Notes: generated by a model from the sequence alone, not told the origin. A stretch of 64,000 nucleotides of DNA from Candidatus Latescibacterota bacterium (GCA_965198115.1 OZ240241.1:288001-352000), one strand, 5' to 3'; counted from the stretch's first letter, positions 41,464 through 51,320 are shown. Made by a program: numbers and translations.

Positions 41464-43590
41464 GTGGATTTCGTTCAGAGCAGACGCTTTCTCGATACGC
41501 TTCCCGACTGGGAGACGGGTCGGCCGCCGAAGGGGCCGATCGAAGACTACCTCCCCCGCGAGCGGGCCTTACTCGCTCGATTGGGAAACCCGGAGCGTGC
41601 TTTTCGGTCGGTGATCGTTGGCGGGACGAACGGGAAAGGCACGACGGGCAGTTTTATCGCCGCGCTGGCACAGGCCGCCGGTCGAAGGGCTGGATTCTAC
41701 AGCTCCCCACACCTCCATTCGGTGCGCGAACGAATCCGACTGGATGGGGAGCCGGTGTCGCGTGAGGTGTGGGCGGAGGGAGTCGCTCGCATTCGGGACG
41801 CGACGGTCGGGTTCGAGGACGAGGGGGTCGGGGAATTCTCCAAGTTCGAGGCGATGACGGCGCTCGCCGCGTTGCTGTTCCACGAAGCAGACGTGGATGT
41901 GGGGGTGTTCGAGGTTGGGCTGGGAGGGCGATACGATTCGACGAACGCGTGGGACCACGAGGTTTCGGTTCTGACCGCGATCGACCTGGATCACGTCGAC
42001 TATCTGGGAACCACCCTGGGCGAAATCGCCCACGACAAGGTCCACATCGGACGTCGGGGGCGACCGCTCTACACGATGACGAACCAGCACGCGCTCGTTC
42101 GGGAGGCCATCGAGGAACGACGAGCAGAGATCGGGTTCGACCTGCGCTGGGTGTCGGCGGACGAGCAAGACGACCTTCCGGCGAGTGGAGCCCGGCGACC
42201 TCGCGTTTTTTGTGACAATGTCTGCCTCGCGCAGGCGGTGGCTGCGGATCTGTTCGACGTTACAGATGTGTCGGTCGCACGCGCGCTCGAGCTGCACGAC
42301 TGGCCAGGTCGATTCGAAGTCGTGCGGACCGTGCCGCCCATCGTACTGGACGGTGCTCACAATCCGGCCGCCGCTACCGAACTCGTGAACAGTCTACGAC
42401 GCACGGCGCCCGGGTGGCAGTTCGTCGTCGGAGGCGCCGTTGGTCACGACGCGCGCGGCTTGATAGAGGCGCTGATGCCGATCGCGGAGGGTTTTTACTT
42501 GACACGTTCGGATCATCCCAAGGCGTTGCCGGCTTCGGACCTCGTTCCCTACACCGGGAAGACGCCCCACCATCTGTTGCCGCCGGGCGTCGAGAGTCTG
42601 CGATCCTTCCTCCGCGCGGTCGACCGGCCGACCTGCGTGACGGGTTCGCTGCACCTCGTGGCACAAGCGCGACGGGCCCTCGACTTGCCCGCGGAGCTGG
42701 ACGGGATTACCGAGGATGTGTTGCTCGAATCTTTGGCCTGTTTGGCTCTGGCGGCAGAGGAGGAGGGTTTCGGGCTGGAGGCCGCGTCCGAAGACGGGAA
42801 TGTTCTTGTGATTCGCGGACTGCATCGACCGACGTATTTCCTGAGAAACAAGCATCCCTTCAACGATTACGTCACGGCGCGTCTCGCGGAAGACAAGGCC
42901 TATCAGTATGAACTCTTCACGGCGGCAGGTCTGCCAGTTCCCCTATCTATGAAGGTGTTCAACCCGCTCGCAGACGAACGTTTTCACCGCTATCGCACAC
43001 ATTCGTCCGTAGAGGATGCGCTGAGCGACGTGGAGGACCGGTTCAGTTACCCTGTGGTCGTCAAACGCAATCAGGGTTCGATGGCCCAGGGTGTTTACCT
43101 CGAGTTGAACCGCCAAGGGCTGCGTGCGCGTCTCACTCAGCTGTTCGAGTCGAGCGGGTTGTTTCAGAACGTTATTCTCGTCCAGGCTTACGTACCGGGT
43201 TCGGAGTATCGGGCCGTCGTCGGCGAAGGCAGGTTGTTGCTGGCGTATGAAAAGCAGGGCCCGATCGAAGAAGAAGACACCGACGATCTGAATCCCCTGC
43301 ACCACCAGGGTGGTCGGGCTGTGCGTGTCGAGGACGGGAATCTCCTCAAGGCCTTAGGGGAGATTGCCGAATCCTTGTATGAGGTCCTTCCCCTCGGATT
43401 TTGCGCGATCGATCTGATTGCAGGGGTGGATGGACTCGTAATTCTGGAGGTCAACCCCAACCCGGTCTGCTTCTTTTATAACACGGAATATGGCCGGGAG
43501 GACTTCGTGCGTATCTATCGTGATCTGCTGCGTCGACACCTGGCGACCAACGCACTGAACCTGGTTTCCGTGCGGTCGGATCAGGCGTGA
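41464..43590 (+). CDS. folC: Folylpolyglutamate synthase fused to a C-terminal ATP-grasp domain
   Basis: GTNGKGTT, SSPHL, RERI, EVGLGGRYDSTN, DLDH, WPGRFE and LDGAHN; then AEDKAYQYELF, YPVVVKRNQGSMAQGV, LVQAYV, EYR and IDLI...ILEVNPNP. Confidence 0.88.
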   Translation: MDFVQSRRFLDTLPDWETGRPPKGPIEDYLPRERALLARLGNPERAFRSVIVGGTNGKGTTGSFIAALAQAAGRRAGFYSSPHLHSVRERIRLDGEPVSREVWAEGVARIRDATVGFEDEGVGEFSKFEAMTALAALLFHEADVDVGVFEVGLGGRYDSTNAWDHEVSVLTAIDLDHVDYLGTTLGEIAHDKVHIGRRGRPLYTMTNQHALVREAIEERRAEIGFDLRWVSADEQDDLPASGARRPRVFCDNVCLAQAVAADLFDVTDVSVARALELHDWPGRFEVVRTVPPIVLDGAHNPAAATELVNSLRRTAPGWQFVVGGAVGHDARGLIEALMPIAEGFYLTRSDHPKALPASDLVPYTGKTPHHLLPPGVESLRSFLRAVDRPTCVTGSLHLVAQARRALDLPAELDGITEDVLLESLACLALAAEEEGFGLEAASEDGNVLVIRGLHRPTYFLRNKHPFNDYVTARLAEDKAYQYELFTAAGLPVPLSMKVFNPLADERFHRYRTHSSVEDALSDVEDRFSYPVVVKRNQGSMAQGVYLELNRQGLRARLTQLFESSGLFQNVILVQAYVPGSEYRAVVGEGRLLLAYEKQGPIEEEDTDDLNPLHHQGGRAVRVEDGNLLKALGEIAESLYEVLPLGFCAIDLIAGVDGLVILEVNPNPVCFFYNTEYGREDFVRIYRDLLRRHLATNALNLVSVRSDQA

Positions 43591-43698
43591 ACGGTCGGAT
43601 CGGCGGGATGCGCTTTGTGCCCCTACCTGCGCGATGCCGTCACCCCGGGCAAACCCTGAGCCGGGTGTGTCATCCTGGCTGACTATGTGGAGGTTGCT

Positions 43699-44442
43699 AT
43701 GAATCGAATAGGCTGGATGATCCGATTGTCCGCTCTGACGCTCGGTCTGATCGCTGCGTCTGGCTCTGCCCACGCCCAGAGCGAGTTCATCGTTTTCAAG
43801 GCGAAAATCCCGTTGGATACGGGCGCAGCGGTGCCCGACTCCGCCAGGCAAAACGACTTTTACATCAAGATCGGCACCGATCGGGGCATCCAGATCGGCA
43901 TGACGATGAACGTCTATCGCGACCACATCGTGGAAGCCGATATCGGCAGCATCACGTTCAAGACGACGCAGTTCATCGGACGGGTTCGTGTGTATGATGC
44001 GCAGCAGGATATGTGCGTCGGTCGCGTGATCGAGCTGGCCTCTCACGGCGATCCCCACCTGGACCGAACGGCCGTGATGATGGGGGACTATGTTCAGCCC
44101 GTGTTCGTCGTGTCCTCGGAGAATCTGTTCGACAAGGGGAGCAGCACGCTCCGTCCCGAGGCGATTCGGGAGCTCGACCGGGCGATCGCCTTTATCAAGC
44201 GGTTCAGACCGATCAAAGTGCGTGTGGAGGGTCACACGGACAGCGAAGGTCCCGATGACGTAAACATGCGGCTGTCTGAAAATCGCGCGGCTAGTGTGAA
44301 GGCGTATCTGGTCAGCCAGGGCGGTATTGCCGAAACCGTGCTGATTCCGGTCGGCTACGGTGAGCAAAAGCCGATCGCCTCGAACGATACGCCCGAGGGC
44401 CAGCGCAAGAACCGGCGGTTCGAAATCGTGATTGAGCAGTAG
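43699..44442 (+). CDS. Exported OmpA-family peptidoglycan-binding protein
   Basis: Signal peptide; VEGHTDSEG, NMRLSENRA, GYGEQKPIASN and NRRFEI. Confidence 0.88.
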   Translation: MNRIGWMIRLSALTLGLIAASGSAHAQSEFIVFKAKIPLDTGAAVPDSARQNDFYIKIGTDRGIQIGMTMNVYRDHIVEADIGSITFKTTQFIGRVRVYDAQQDMCVGRVIELASHGDPHLDRTAVMMGDYVQPVFVVSSENLFDKGSSTLRPEAIRELDRAIAFIKRFRPIKVRVEGHTDSEGPDDVNMRLSENRAASVKAYLVSQGGIAETVLIPVGYGEQKPIASNDTPEGQRKNRRFEIVIEQ

Positions 44443-44560
44443 AGCTTGCGGCCTGTGGCCCCAGCTGTTGGCCGTTCTCCGTTGTCCGGAATGCGGTTTT
44501 TGGGACTCGCGGGCTCTTGAGGATCATTTAAGTCGCGACTTGGTTTGGGTGTCCCTTTGG

Positions 44561-44592
44561 AGGCCGTTCGCCTTTGGCGAGCGGCCTTTTTC
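44561..44592 (+). terminator. Intrinsic terminator
   Basis: AGGCCGTTCGCC-TTT-GGCGAGCGGCCT stem followed by TTTT. Confidence 0.7.
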
Positions 44593-44607
44593 GTGTGTCG
44601 TATGGGC

Positions 44608-44635
44608 TCAAGTCGAATCGAGAAACGGCCGATAT
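44608..44635 (+). promoter_or_regulatory. Putative sigma28 (FliA) promoter
   Basis: TCAAG-N15-GCCGATAT, 56 bp upstream of ATG 44692 and directly after a terminator. Confidence 0.55.
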
Positions 44636-44691
44636 AAAGAAGGGGAGCGGATCTCTACATCCCGACCTCACCACACTCACAGAATCTTCCG

Positions 44692-45689
44692 ATGATCGAT
44701 CTCTCTTCGTTTTCCAGCGCGTTTCCGAGTCTCGCATCGTTCTTCGCCGATCGTTCTCCACTGGCCGAACGTCTGCAGGGTGTCCCTCCGGATTCTCAGG
44801 CCCAGGAGGGGGCGAGCGATCGCGTCGAGCTGTCGCCGGAGAGCGCGCGACAGCGTCTGCTTTCGAACCTTGCAGGGCCTCGTTCGATCAACCCGGGGAG
44901 ACGCCTGCGATCGCTGTTCAGAATGGGACCTACGCACCGTCCACGGTCGTGAGTTCTTCGTTCGGTTTCTCGTTCAACCTGAACATCGAACACGAGCGGA
45001 CGCTTATCGCATCCCCCGTCTCCGTGCACGAACAGGGTGACCCGGTGGCCGCCGCCGTTCAGGCGAGGGAATCGAGCAGCCTCTACTACCAGTCGTCGCT
45101 GTTCGAATCGCGCCGGTCTATCGCCGGCGGTTTCAGCGAGGTCCGCCAGCTCCAGACCGAGCTGTTCTATAGCCGTTCACGCGAGCTGTCGGTCAGTATG
45201 CCGTCCGACCAGGCGGACCGATTCGGCCAGACGAGCGAACGTGTCGCACGCACCTTCCAGCTCGACATTTCCCTCGAGTTCTCGTTCCTCGGTCAGTTCA
45301 CGCGTCAATCGGAATCGATCGGCGAACTGGACAACAGTCTGCTCGATCGATACCTGGCGGGGACGGACGCGCGATCGGGATCGAACGGCGACGCCCTGTA
45401 AGCTTTCTTCGACCGCGTCGAGTCGGCACTCGATCAGGCGAAGTCGTTCGTGATGGCTTCGCTCGACGCCCTGTTCGCCCAGGCGGCAGACACGTTCGGT
45501 CTCGACGCACAGGGGATGGATGCCCTGAGTTCTTTCGTGACGGATGAACTGCACGCCTTCTTCGAGGAAGTCGACGGTTTCCTCGCTGAAAGCCGAGCCT
45601 CGTTCGGAGAGCCTGCTTCATCTCCCGAGGAGTTAGCTCCTCCGGCGCCCGAAGCAGACATTCAAGAAGAACCTGCCGCACTCGTCTGA
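44692..45689 (+). CDS. Hypothetical protein (about 330 aa) with frameshift near 44875 and in-frame TAA at 45399-45401
   Basis: Three collinear pieces: MIDLSSF...DRVELSPESA; FGFSFNLNIE...DAL*; AFFDRVES...EEPAALV*. Confidence 0.6.
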
Positions 45690-45713
45690 TCGATCCACCT
45701 GAAGGAGGTCGGT

Positions 45714-46046
45714 ATGATCGGGACACCCGTCTCGTCCGCCGGCCATCCTGCCCCATCCAGTCGCTCGACCCACCCTCGAAAGCGCTCGAGCAAGCTCGCC
45801 AAACCCCGTACGCGACGCATCAAATCGTCCGCGAAAGGCGCCTCATACGATCGGATCCTGAGGCCTGAGTCGGGCAGCAACCTGGATTTCGCCTCGCGAC
45901 CCGAGAAGAATCCGACGGTTCTCGGGCGGAGAGAAGGTCTAACGAGCAGGCGTAATACATCGATGACTGCCCACAGGATCGTCGCAACCTACCGTCGAAG
46001 TCTGTCCTTTTTACTTCAGATCAGGAGGTTCTCCGTCACCGGCTGA
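45714..46046 (+). CDS. Possible small protein (frame uncertain)
   Basis: Strong AAGGAGG RBS before ATG 45714; no recognisable domain. Confidence 0.25.
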   Translation: MIGTPVSSAGHPAPSSRSTHPRKRSSKLAKPRTRRIKSSAKGASYDRILRPESGSNLDFASRPEKNPTVLGRREGLTSRRNTSMTAHRIVATYRRSLSFLLQIRRFSVTG

Positions 46047-46175
46047 CCTGTTGAAGAGGGCTTCGCCCTTTTCTGGTGTACGGTTGACGGTGGACCCCTC
46101 GCATCCGCTCGGGGCAGGCTCCGAGACGGCTCGCCCCATTGGCGGAGAGTAGAGGATAGAAGCTCAGATAACAAC

Positions 46176-46208
46176 AAGACCGAGCCAGTGCAACGGCTCG
46201 GTCTTTTG
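46176..46208. terminator. Likely bidirectional terminator
   Basis: AAGACCGAGCC-N8-GGCTCGGTCTT perfect 11-bp stem between convergent units. Confidence 0.7.
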
Positions 46209-46230
46209 CGTTCGGACATGACTTCGCGGG

Positions 46231-49200
46231 TTACGTGCGTATGGCGCTCATGCGGTGGGTTCGCGTGTTGAACCGCTTGCCAGTCAGCAGCCGGGACAAG
46301 GTGTTGGACACGCGGAGGGTGATGCGGTTCCGTCCGTTCTTGAGGAAAGAGGATTTGCCTTCCCACGTGTAGGGGGACCACGGACGGACGCCGACGACGT
46401 GACCGTTGACGCTCAACTCGTAGACGTCGTCCGAATCGCGCAATTCTCGATCGAGGGTGACCGCGAAGCGGTCTAGTTTTGGCCGTTTGAGAGAGATTTC
46501 CTGTGTGTAGGCGACCGTTCCGGCGAAGAATGGCATTCGGTTATGGTCGAGATCTCCGAATGGACCTCGCTCGGGCAGTGCCCCGATGCGGTAGGCATCG
46601 GATCTCCACTTGCGGACGCCGAATTTTCCGAAGAGGTAGAAGGCGTCGACGAGCCCGTCGGAGAGTTTCGACACCTCCAACCGAACCGCGATGACATTTT
46701 TGCCCTTGTTCACGCGACGCCCAAGTGCGCACGTGAGGTTGCTGTTGTCGTATCGAAACGTGGGTCGAAAAGCGTTGTTCGGGAGTCGGGAACCGTTCAC
46801 GAAGACCTGGTACTCCCCGAGGATGGCACTGCGGTCGAGGACAAGAGACAACTTGCTCGGTACGATGTCGGCCTGGAACGTGGAGCGATACCAGACGACG
46901 AGGGGCAGTTCGACCTCGGGCTTTCCCTCCTCGTTAGCGTAGGTGAGGGGGACGTTCGTCTGGGAAACCGATCCCAATTGTTCTGAAAACAGAGCCGGTT
47001 CTACGGACGCCCATCGGCCGTCGTTTTGGCCGAGGGCTGCCCATCCATTCTTCGAACCACGGTCTTGCGGATCGATCTGCATCCGGAATCGGTCCAGACG
47101 CAGCGCATTGTCGGCCTCGGGATCGAGTCTCCAACTGCCTTCGAGCGACAGGTCGAGGGCGGCTGATTCCGGTAGCTCGACGTCCACTGATTCAGCTTTC
47201 GAGACGACCAGGAGGTGCGACGTATGCGCCTCAAAGCGGAGCTGCGTCGTCAAACGACCTCCCTCCGATTCGGTCGGGAGGGGTTTTCGAGCCCCAGTTT
47301 CGAGGTCCCACCGCTCGATCGAGTAGCCCCGACCGGGGGTCGTGATGCCGACGCGTGCGTCGAATCCGAACGCGGCGGTGTTGGCGAGGAAGACGATGTG
47401 TTGATCGTCGTCGACCCGCTCCTGGCAAAGCACGGCTCCGGTCGCCCGCTTTTCGGTTTGAACGAAGACGGTGCGGGGGGAGACCTGGTCGAGGACCTTG
47501 CCGAGGGCGTGGGTGCCGTTGTTTTCGACGACGCAGCCCCCCGTGCGCACGAGATGGAGATTTCCCCGATTGACCAGGTGGACTCCGAGCTCGTGGCCCA
47601 TGTAGTCCTTGATCATGCGGCCGGCTTCCATATCGGACAGTTTGGAAATGGCCTCGACGATGGACGGGCCCTCCTGGATGTCTTCGATCGGGAGCAGGCT
47701 GACCGAAATCACGATGCCTTCGTTGTTGATGAAATCCCGAATGACCTCGAATGCATCCCGCTCCAGGTTGGTAATGGGAGGGATGACCACGACGTCGTAA
47801 ACGCAGTCTCCCAGGTGGATCTCACGTCCGCGCACTTTCCCTTGCGCGAGCATTGCAGGGTCGAGGCAATCGAAGCTGCGCCCCATACGCGGCAGGGCCT
47901 CGAGAATGGCCGCCCAATCGGATCTAAGACGCTCGGCCAGTTTTTCCTCGTCGCTGTCGAAGCCATTGTAACGCCAGGCCTGGCCGGGATGACCGAGATG
48001 GGCGATCAGGGAGGTCCCTGGTTCCAGCAGGGCGACCCGGCTGGCACGGGTTCCGGCGGTGAGCGCGTAGGTCAGCCGACCGACGTAGTCGCTGACGGAA
48101 CGGTAGGATTCCCAGTGCGGGCTCTGGTTGAACTGGGATGCGGACCCGTCGTGCTTGCGGAGGCCGTCGAGTGTGTAGGCGAACCCGTGGGGATTGAAGA
48201 CGTTGCACCCTTCGGCGGCAAGATGGTCGACAGCCGACTTGATGTCTTTGGCCGAAAGGGACCATCCTGCGCCCTGGCCGACGGTCGCGAAGACGCGTCC
48301 CGAACCGGTTTGACGCGCTGCGGAGGCCGCGAAAACGGGGTTGAGCCTCGGATCGGCGCACGCCCCGTCGGGCGATTCTGCGTGACCCTTTTCCGTGCCT
48401 CCCCTGATGCCGGCGATATGCCCCGCATCGAGGTGCGCGCTCCTGAACAGGGGCACATCGGTGGCGAAGGACAGCTTGTTGTCGGCCGCCCACTCCGCGC
48501 AGGTTCGATGGTAGCTGAGCCGCAGGAGTTCGCTCAACGTTTGGAAGTAGTCGTAGCGGATCCTTGCGGTGTTGGGACCGAAGGGGGTGATGAGGGCGGG
48601 CAACTGCGACACGAGATCGTAGCCGTTCCGCGCTCGGTAAGCGTCTGGCAGAAGGCTCGACCAGGGGAGGTGTCCGGGCGGATCCGTTTCGCGTGTCGTG
48701 TAGAATCCCTTGACCGTTTTGCCGGCGTGTTTGCCGGACAGTTCCACGTAGGGCTGGAACGTCGATCGAATGTACGTCAGGACGGCTTCGCGGCTGAGCG
48801 GATCGAAGTGGGTGCCGGTCTGATCGGGCCCCCTGACCTCCTGCTGGAGGAACACGATCACGCGCCAGCGTCCCGCCGGCGCCTTCCAGTAGAGTCGCTG
48901 AATCGGATCGTGGGTTTCGAACTGGAGGTCGAAGAAAGGCTGGTCTGCGGACGTGCGCCGGAGTCGCTGGGCCCGGTGATCGACGCCGATAAAGCCATCG
49001 ATCTCCTCGGTATCCTCCCAGAGGCTGCGATCGCGACGAAGAGGGACCGCAACGGCACGAAGAACCGTGGCCCAGGGCAGCTCGAGATCGACTTGTTGTC
49101 CCCCCTGGACGGTCGTTTCGCGGAAGGTCAGATACTGGGCCCGGTGGCGTGGCTCGGTCAAGACGACACGTCCGCCTGTCAAGCCTCGCGCGTGGGGGAA

Positions 49201-49455
49201 AGCGTCGTGAAACCAGACGTGAAGGTCGTTCTGGCTGGCCGTTTCGACCGCGAGCGTGACACGATCGAACCAGATCTTTGACAGGTAGGGGATTCGGAGC
49301 CCGGCCCCGGCGGCAATGACGAATCCACCGACCCCCTTGTCGGCCATTTCGCGAATCTGGCGGACGAGTTCGGCTTCTTCGATATTCCCGTTCCAGAACC
49401 AGAACGGTGCCGGTCGACAGGCGCCCGGCGGGTTTTCGAATGTCTTAGGGTTCAT
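46231..49455 (-). CDS. GH106 (alpha-L-rhamnosidase)-like large protein, acidic motifs apparently degenerate
   Basis: RPAPFWFWNG...QIREMADKGVGGF, YLSKIWF, IRYDYFQTLSEL and HGFAYTLDGLRKHD; C-terminal GNRITLRVSNTL sugar-binding fold. Confidence 0.78.
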   Translation of the reverse strand: MNPKTFENPPGACRPAPFWFWNGNIEEAELVRQIREMADKGVGGFVIAAGAGLRIPYLSKIWFDRVTLAVETASQNDLHVWFHDAFPHARGLTGGRVVLTEPRHRAQYLTFRETTVQGGQQVDLELPWATVLRAVAVPLRRDRSLWEDTEEIDGFIGVDHRAQRLRRTSADQPFFDLQFETHDPIQRLYWKAPAGRWRVIVFLQQEVRGPDQTGTHFDPLSREAVLTYIRSTFQPYVELSGKHAGKTVKGFYTTRETDPPGHLPWSSLLPDAYRARNGYDLVSQLPALITPFGPNTARIRYDYFQTLSELLRLSYHRTCAEWAADNKLSFATDVPLFRSAHLDAGHIAGIRGGTEKGHAESPDGACADPRLNPVFAASAARQTGSGRVFATVGQGAGWSLSAKDIKSAVDHLAAEGCNVFNPHGFAYTLDGLRKHDGSASQFNQSPHWESYRSVSDYVGRLTYALTAGTRASRVALLEPGTSLIAHLGHPGQAWRYNGFDSDEEKLAERLRSDWAAILEALPRMGRSFDCLDPAMLAQGKVRGREIHLGDCVYDVVVIPPITNLERDAFEVIRDFINNEGIVISVSLLPIEDIQEGPSIVEAISKLSDMEAGRMIKDYMGHELGVHLVNRGNLHLVRTGGCVVENNGTHALGKVLDQVSPRTVFVQTEKRATGAVLCQERVDDDQHIVFLANTAAFGFDARVGITTPGRGYSIERWDLETGARKPLPTESEGGRLTTQLRFEAHTSHLLVVSKAESVDVELPESAALDLSLEGSWRLDPEADNALRLDRFRMQIDPQDRGSKNGWAALGQNDGRWASVEPALFSEQLGSVSQTNVPLTYANEEGKPEVELPLVVWYRSTFQADIVPSKLSLVLDRSAILGEYQVFVNGSRLPNNAFRPTFRYDNSNLTCALGRRVNKGKNVIAVRLEVSKLSDGLVDAFYLFGKFGVRKWRSDAYRIGALPERGPFGDLDHNRMPFFAGTVAYTQEISLKRPKLDRFAVTLDRELRDSDDVYELSVNGHVVGVRPWSPYTWEGKSSFLKNGRNRITLRVSNTLSRLLTGKRFNTRTHRMSAIRT

Positions 49456-49477
49456 AAGCCTTTTTTGAGGATGATCT

Positions 49478-50152
49478 CTACGGCCCCGTATCGATATCGA
49501 TGCCGAAGAATCCGGATGACAACATTCCTTGCACGATGGTCAGCAACCACGTGGCCAGGAGGCACGCCAAAAATGCCAGGATGTAATTTCTGCCCCTGTG
49601 ACTTCTCGTCCGTCTCTGAGCACGGCGTCGTCTTTCGGGACGCGTCTCGACCTGCGGCCGATCTCGCTGAAGCTGCTCGACACCGGCTCCAGGGGATATC
49701 GCCTGGGACTCCGGCTCTTCCTCTTTGACCTCTTCTGTTACCGGTGGACCGTCGTCGACCGTCGGTGCACTCTCGCCCGAGGGTGTCTGCTGAGCCAAAT
49801 CCTCGCTCCACATCGCGAGGACCTGCTCGACGACGACAACCAGGTCATCCTCTTCGAACGGCTTTCGGACGAATCCGCTCGCGCCAAGCTGGCCGAGTTG
49901 CTGCATCTTGTTCGGATCGATCTCGGATGAGACGATAACGACGGGGAGGTTCAGGTCCAGATCTTTGATGAATTCGAGGAGCGCCTCTCCCTGCACGGTC
50001 GGGAGGTAGAGATCGAGAAGTACGATGTCCGGCGGCGTTTCGTGGATCTCGGCGATGGCCTCGGTCCATTTATTGACGGATCGGATCCGGTATTCCCGGC
50101 TGTCCAGCGCCGATTCGAGCACCGTAGAGACTTCAGGTTCGTCATCGACCAC
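49478..50152 (-). CDS. Response-regulator receiver plus acidic linker and C-terminal TM
   Basis: VDDE, PDIVLLDLYLP, IVSS and FVRKPF; basic RRRR then a hydrophobic helix; no output domain. Confidence 0.82.
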   Translation of the reverse strand: MVDDEPEVSTVLESALDSREYRIRSVNKWTEAIAEIHETPPDIVLLDLYLPTVQGEALLEFIKDLDLNLPVVIVSSEIDPNKMQQLGQLGASGFVRKPFEEDDLVVVVEQVLAMWSEDLAQQTPSGESAPTVDDGPPVTEEVKEEEPESQAISPGAGVEQLQRDRPQVETRPERRRRAQRRTRSHRGRNYILAFLACLLATWLLTIVQGMLSSGFFGIDIDTGP

Positions 50153-50210
50153 CAGGATTGGTCCGCAACTCCTCCAAATCCGGGTCCTCCCCGGGGGTGG
50201 GACATTTGCT

Positions 50211-50476
50211 TCAGCCGGCCGCGCACGCCTGACAGAGGTAAACCACGACTCGCCGGTCTCTAACGAATCGCGTCAGCTTGACGTCGCCTTCGGCCTGGCG
50301 ACACGACTCACACGGTCGCTGAAGGTCGGGTGTCGACTGCTCTGACTGGGCGAGACACGCATCACAGCTACTACGAGACACGCATCACAGCTACTATAAA
50401 CGACTGTTTTATATCCGTTTACGACTTCCGTCTTGGCCTGGGTTGCAGGACGCTCACCACAATGATCACAAATCAT
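50211..50476 (-). CDS. 80-aa tandem McsA-like zinc-ribbon protein, frameshifted by a 23-bp duplication
   Basis: With one repeat unit removed: MICDHCGERPATQAKTEVVNGYKTVVYSSCDACLAQSEQSTPDLQRPCESCRQAEGDVKLTRFVRDRRVVVYLCQACAAG*. Confidence 0.75.
50351..50396. repeat. Exact 23-bp tandem duplication CGAGACACGCATCACAGCTACTA x2
   Basis: Read directly at 50351-50373 and 50374-50396. Confidence 0.92.
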
Positions 50477-50699
50477 CGCCTGACCATCCTGCTGAAACGT
50501 TTTATCTAGTTGATAATACGATACTTATGTACCCAAGCGTCGGACGGGCGCTTCACCCGATCGGCGCACGCCTGAAGCGGTGCCAATTTAATTTCTGCGA
50601 TCTGAAAGTCAAGAAAATTCAATAGATTGCACTCGCCGGGCGGCTTCTGAGTCAAGCTTTCGGTGGCCATCAACTTTCCTTTGTGTATAATTCAGGGCC

Positions 50700-51320
50700 A
50701 TGCCCAAGCAGATACACGCACTCGTGCTTGCCGCAGGATTGTCTCGCCGAATGGGCCGATTCAAGCAGTTGCTTCCGTTCGGCGGGCAAACGGTCGTCGA
50801 ATCCGTCGTTCAAGCTGTTCTGGACGGGGGCGTCGACGACGTTGTGGTTGTTTTGGGCCACCGGGCGGACGAGGTGCGGCAGGTTCTCGATCCGCTGGGG
50901 GTGACTGCGGTCGTGAATGAGTCTTATCGAGAGGGGATGTTCAGCAGTCTCCTGTGCGGGTTGGGCCAGATCCCGGGGACCGATGCGATCCTCCTTGCGC
51001 TGGGGGACCAGCCACAGATTTCTTCGACGACCGTGGCGAGGGTGATCCAAGCGTTTCGGACCGGAAATGCCGGGATCGTCGTGCCCGTTTACGGAGGGAA
51101 GCGGGGGCATCCGATCGTTTTCGATCTGCCACGATACCGAGACGAGATCGTCGGATTGTCCGGCGAAGAGGGCCTGAAACCGGTCGTACGTGGACACCCG
51201 GAGGACACACTCGAGATCACGATCGATGATGAACGGATACTGAGGGACCTGGATACACCCGAGGACTATCAACGCGAGCTCGCCGATAAGCGGAAAAACG
51301 AATCAGAGGATGCTTCATGA
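50700..51320 (+). CDS. mocA: MocA/MobA-like nucleotidyltransferase
   Basis: LAAGLSRRMGRFKQLL, EGMFSSL, LGDQP, RGHPIVF and DLDTPEDY. Confidence 0.8.
   Translation: MPKQIHALVLAAGLSRRMGRFKQLLPFGGQTVVESVVQAVLDGGVDDVVVVLGHRADEVRQVLDPLGVTAVVNESYREGMFSSLLCGLGQIPGTDAILLALGDQPQISSTTVARVIQAFRTGNAGIVVPVYGGKRGHPIVFDLPRYRDEIVGLSGEEGLKPVVRGHPEDTLEITIDDERILRDLDTPEDYQRELADKRKNESEDAS

Noticed and set aside
44443-44592. Possible ncRNA or riboswitch after the OmpA gene
   Set aside because: Only the terminator is evident; no recognisable family motif without a covariance search.
47215-49281. 688-aa plus-strand ORF
   Set aside because: Antisense shadow of the GH106-like gene; no motifs, and expected from high-GC codon bias.
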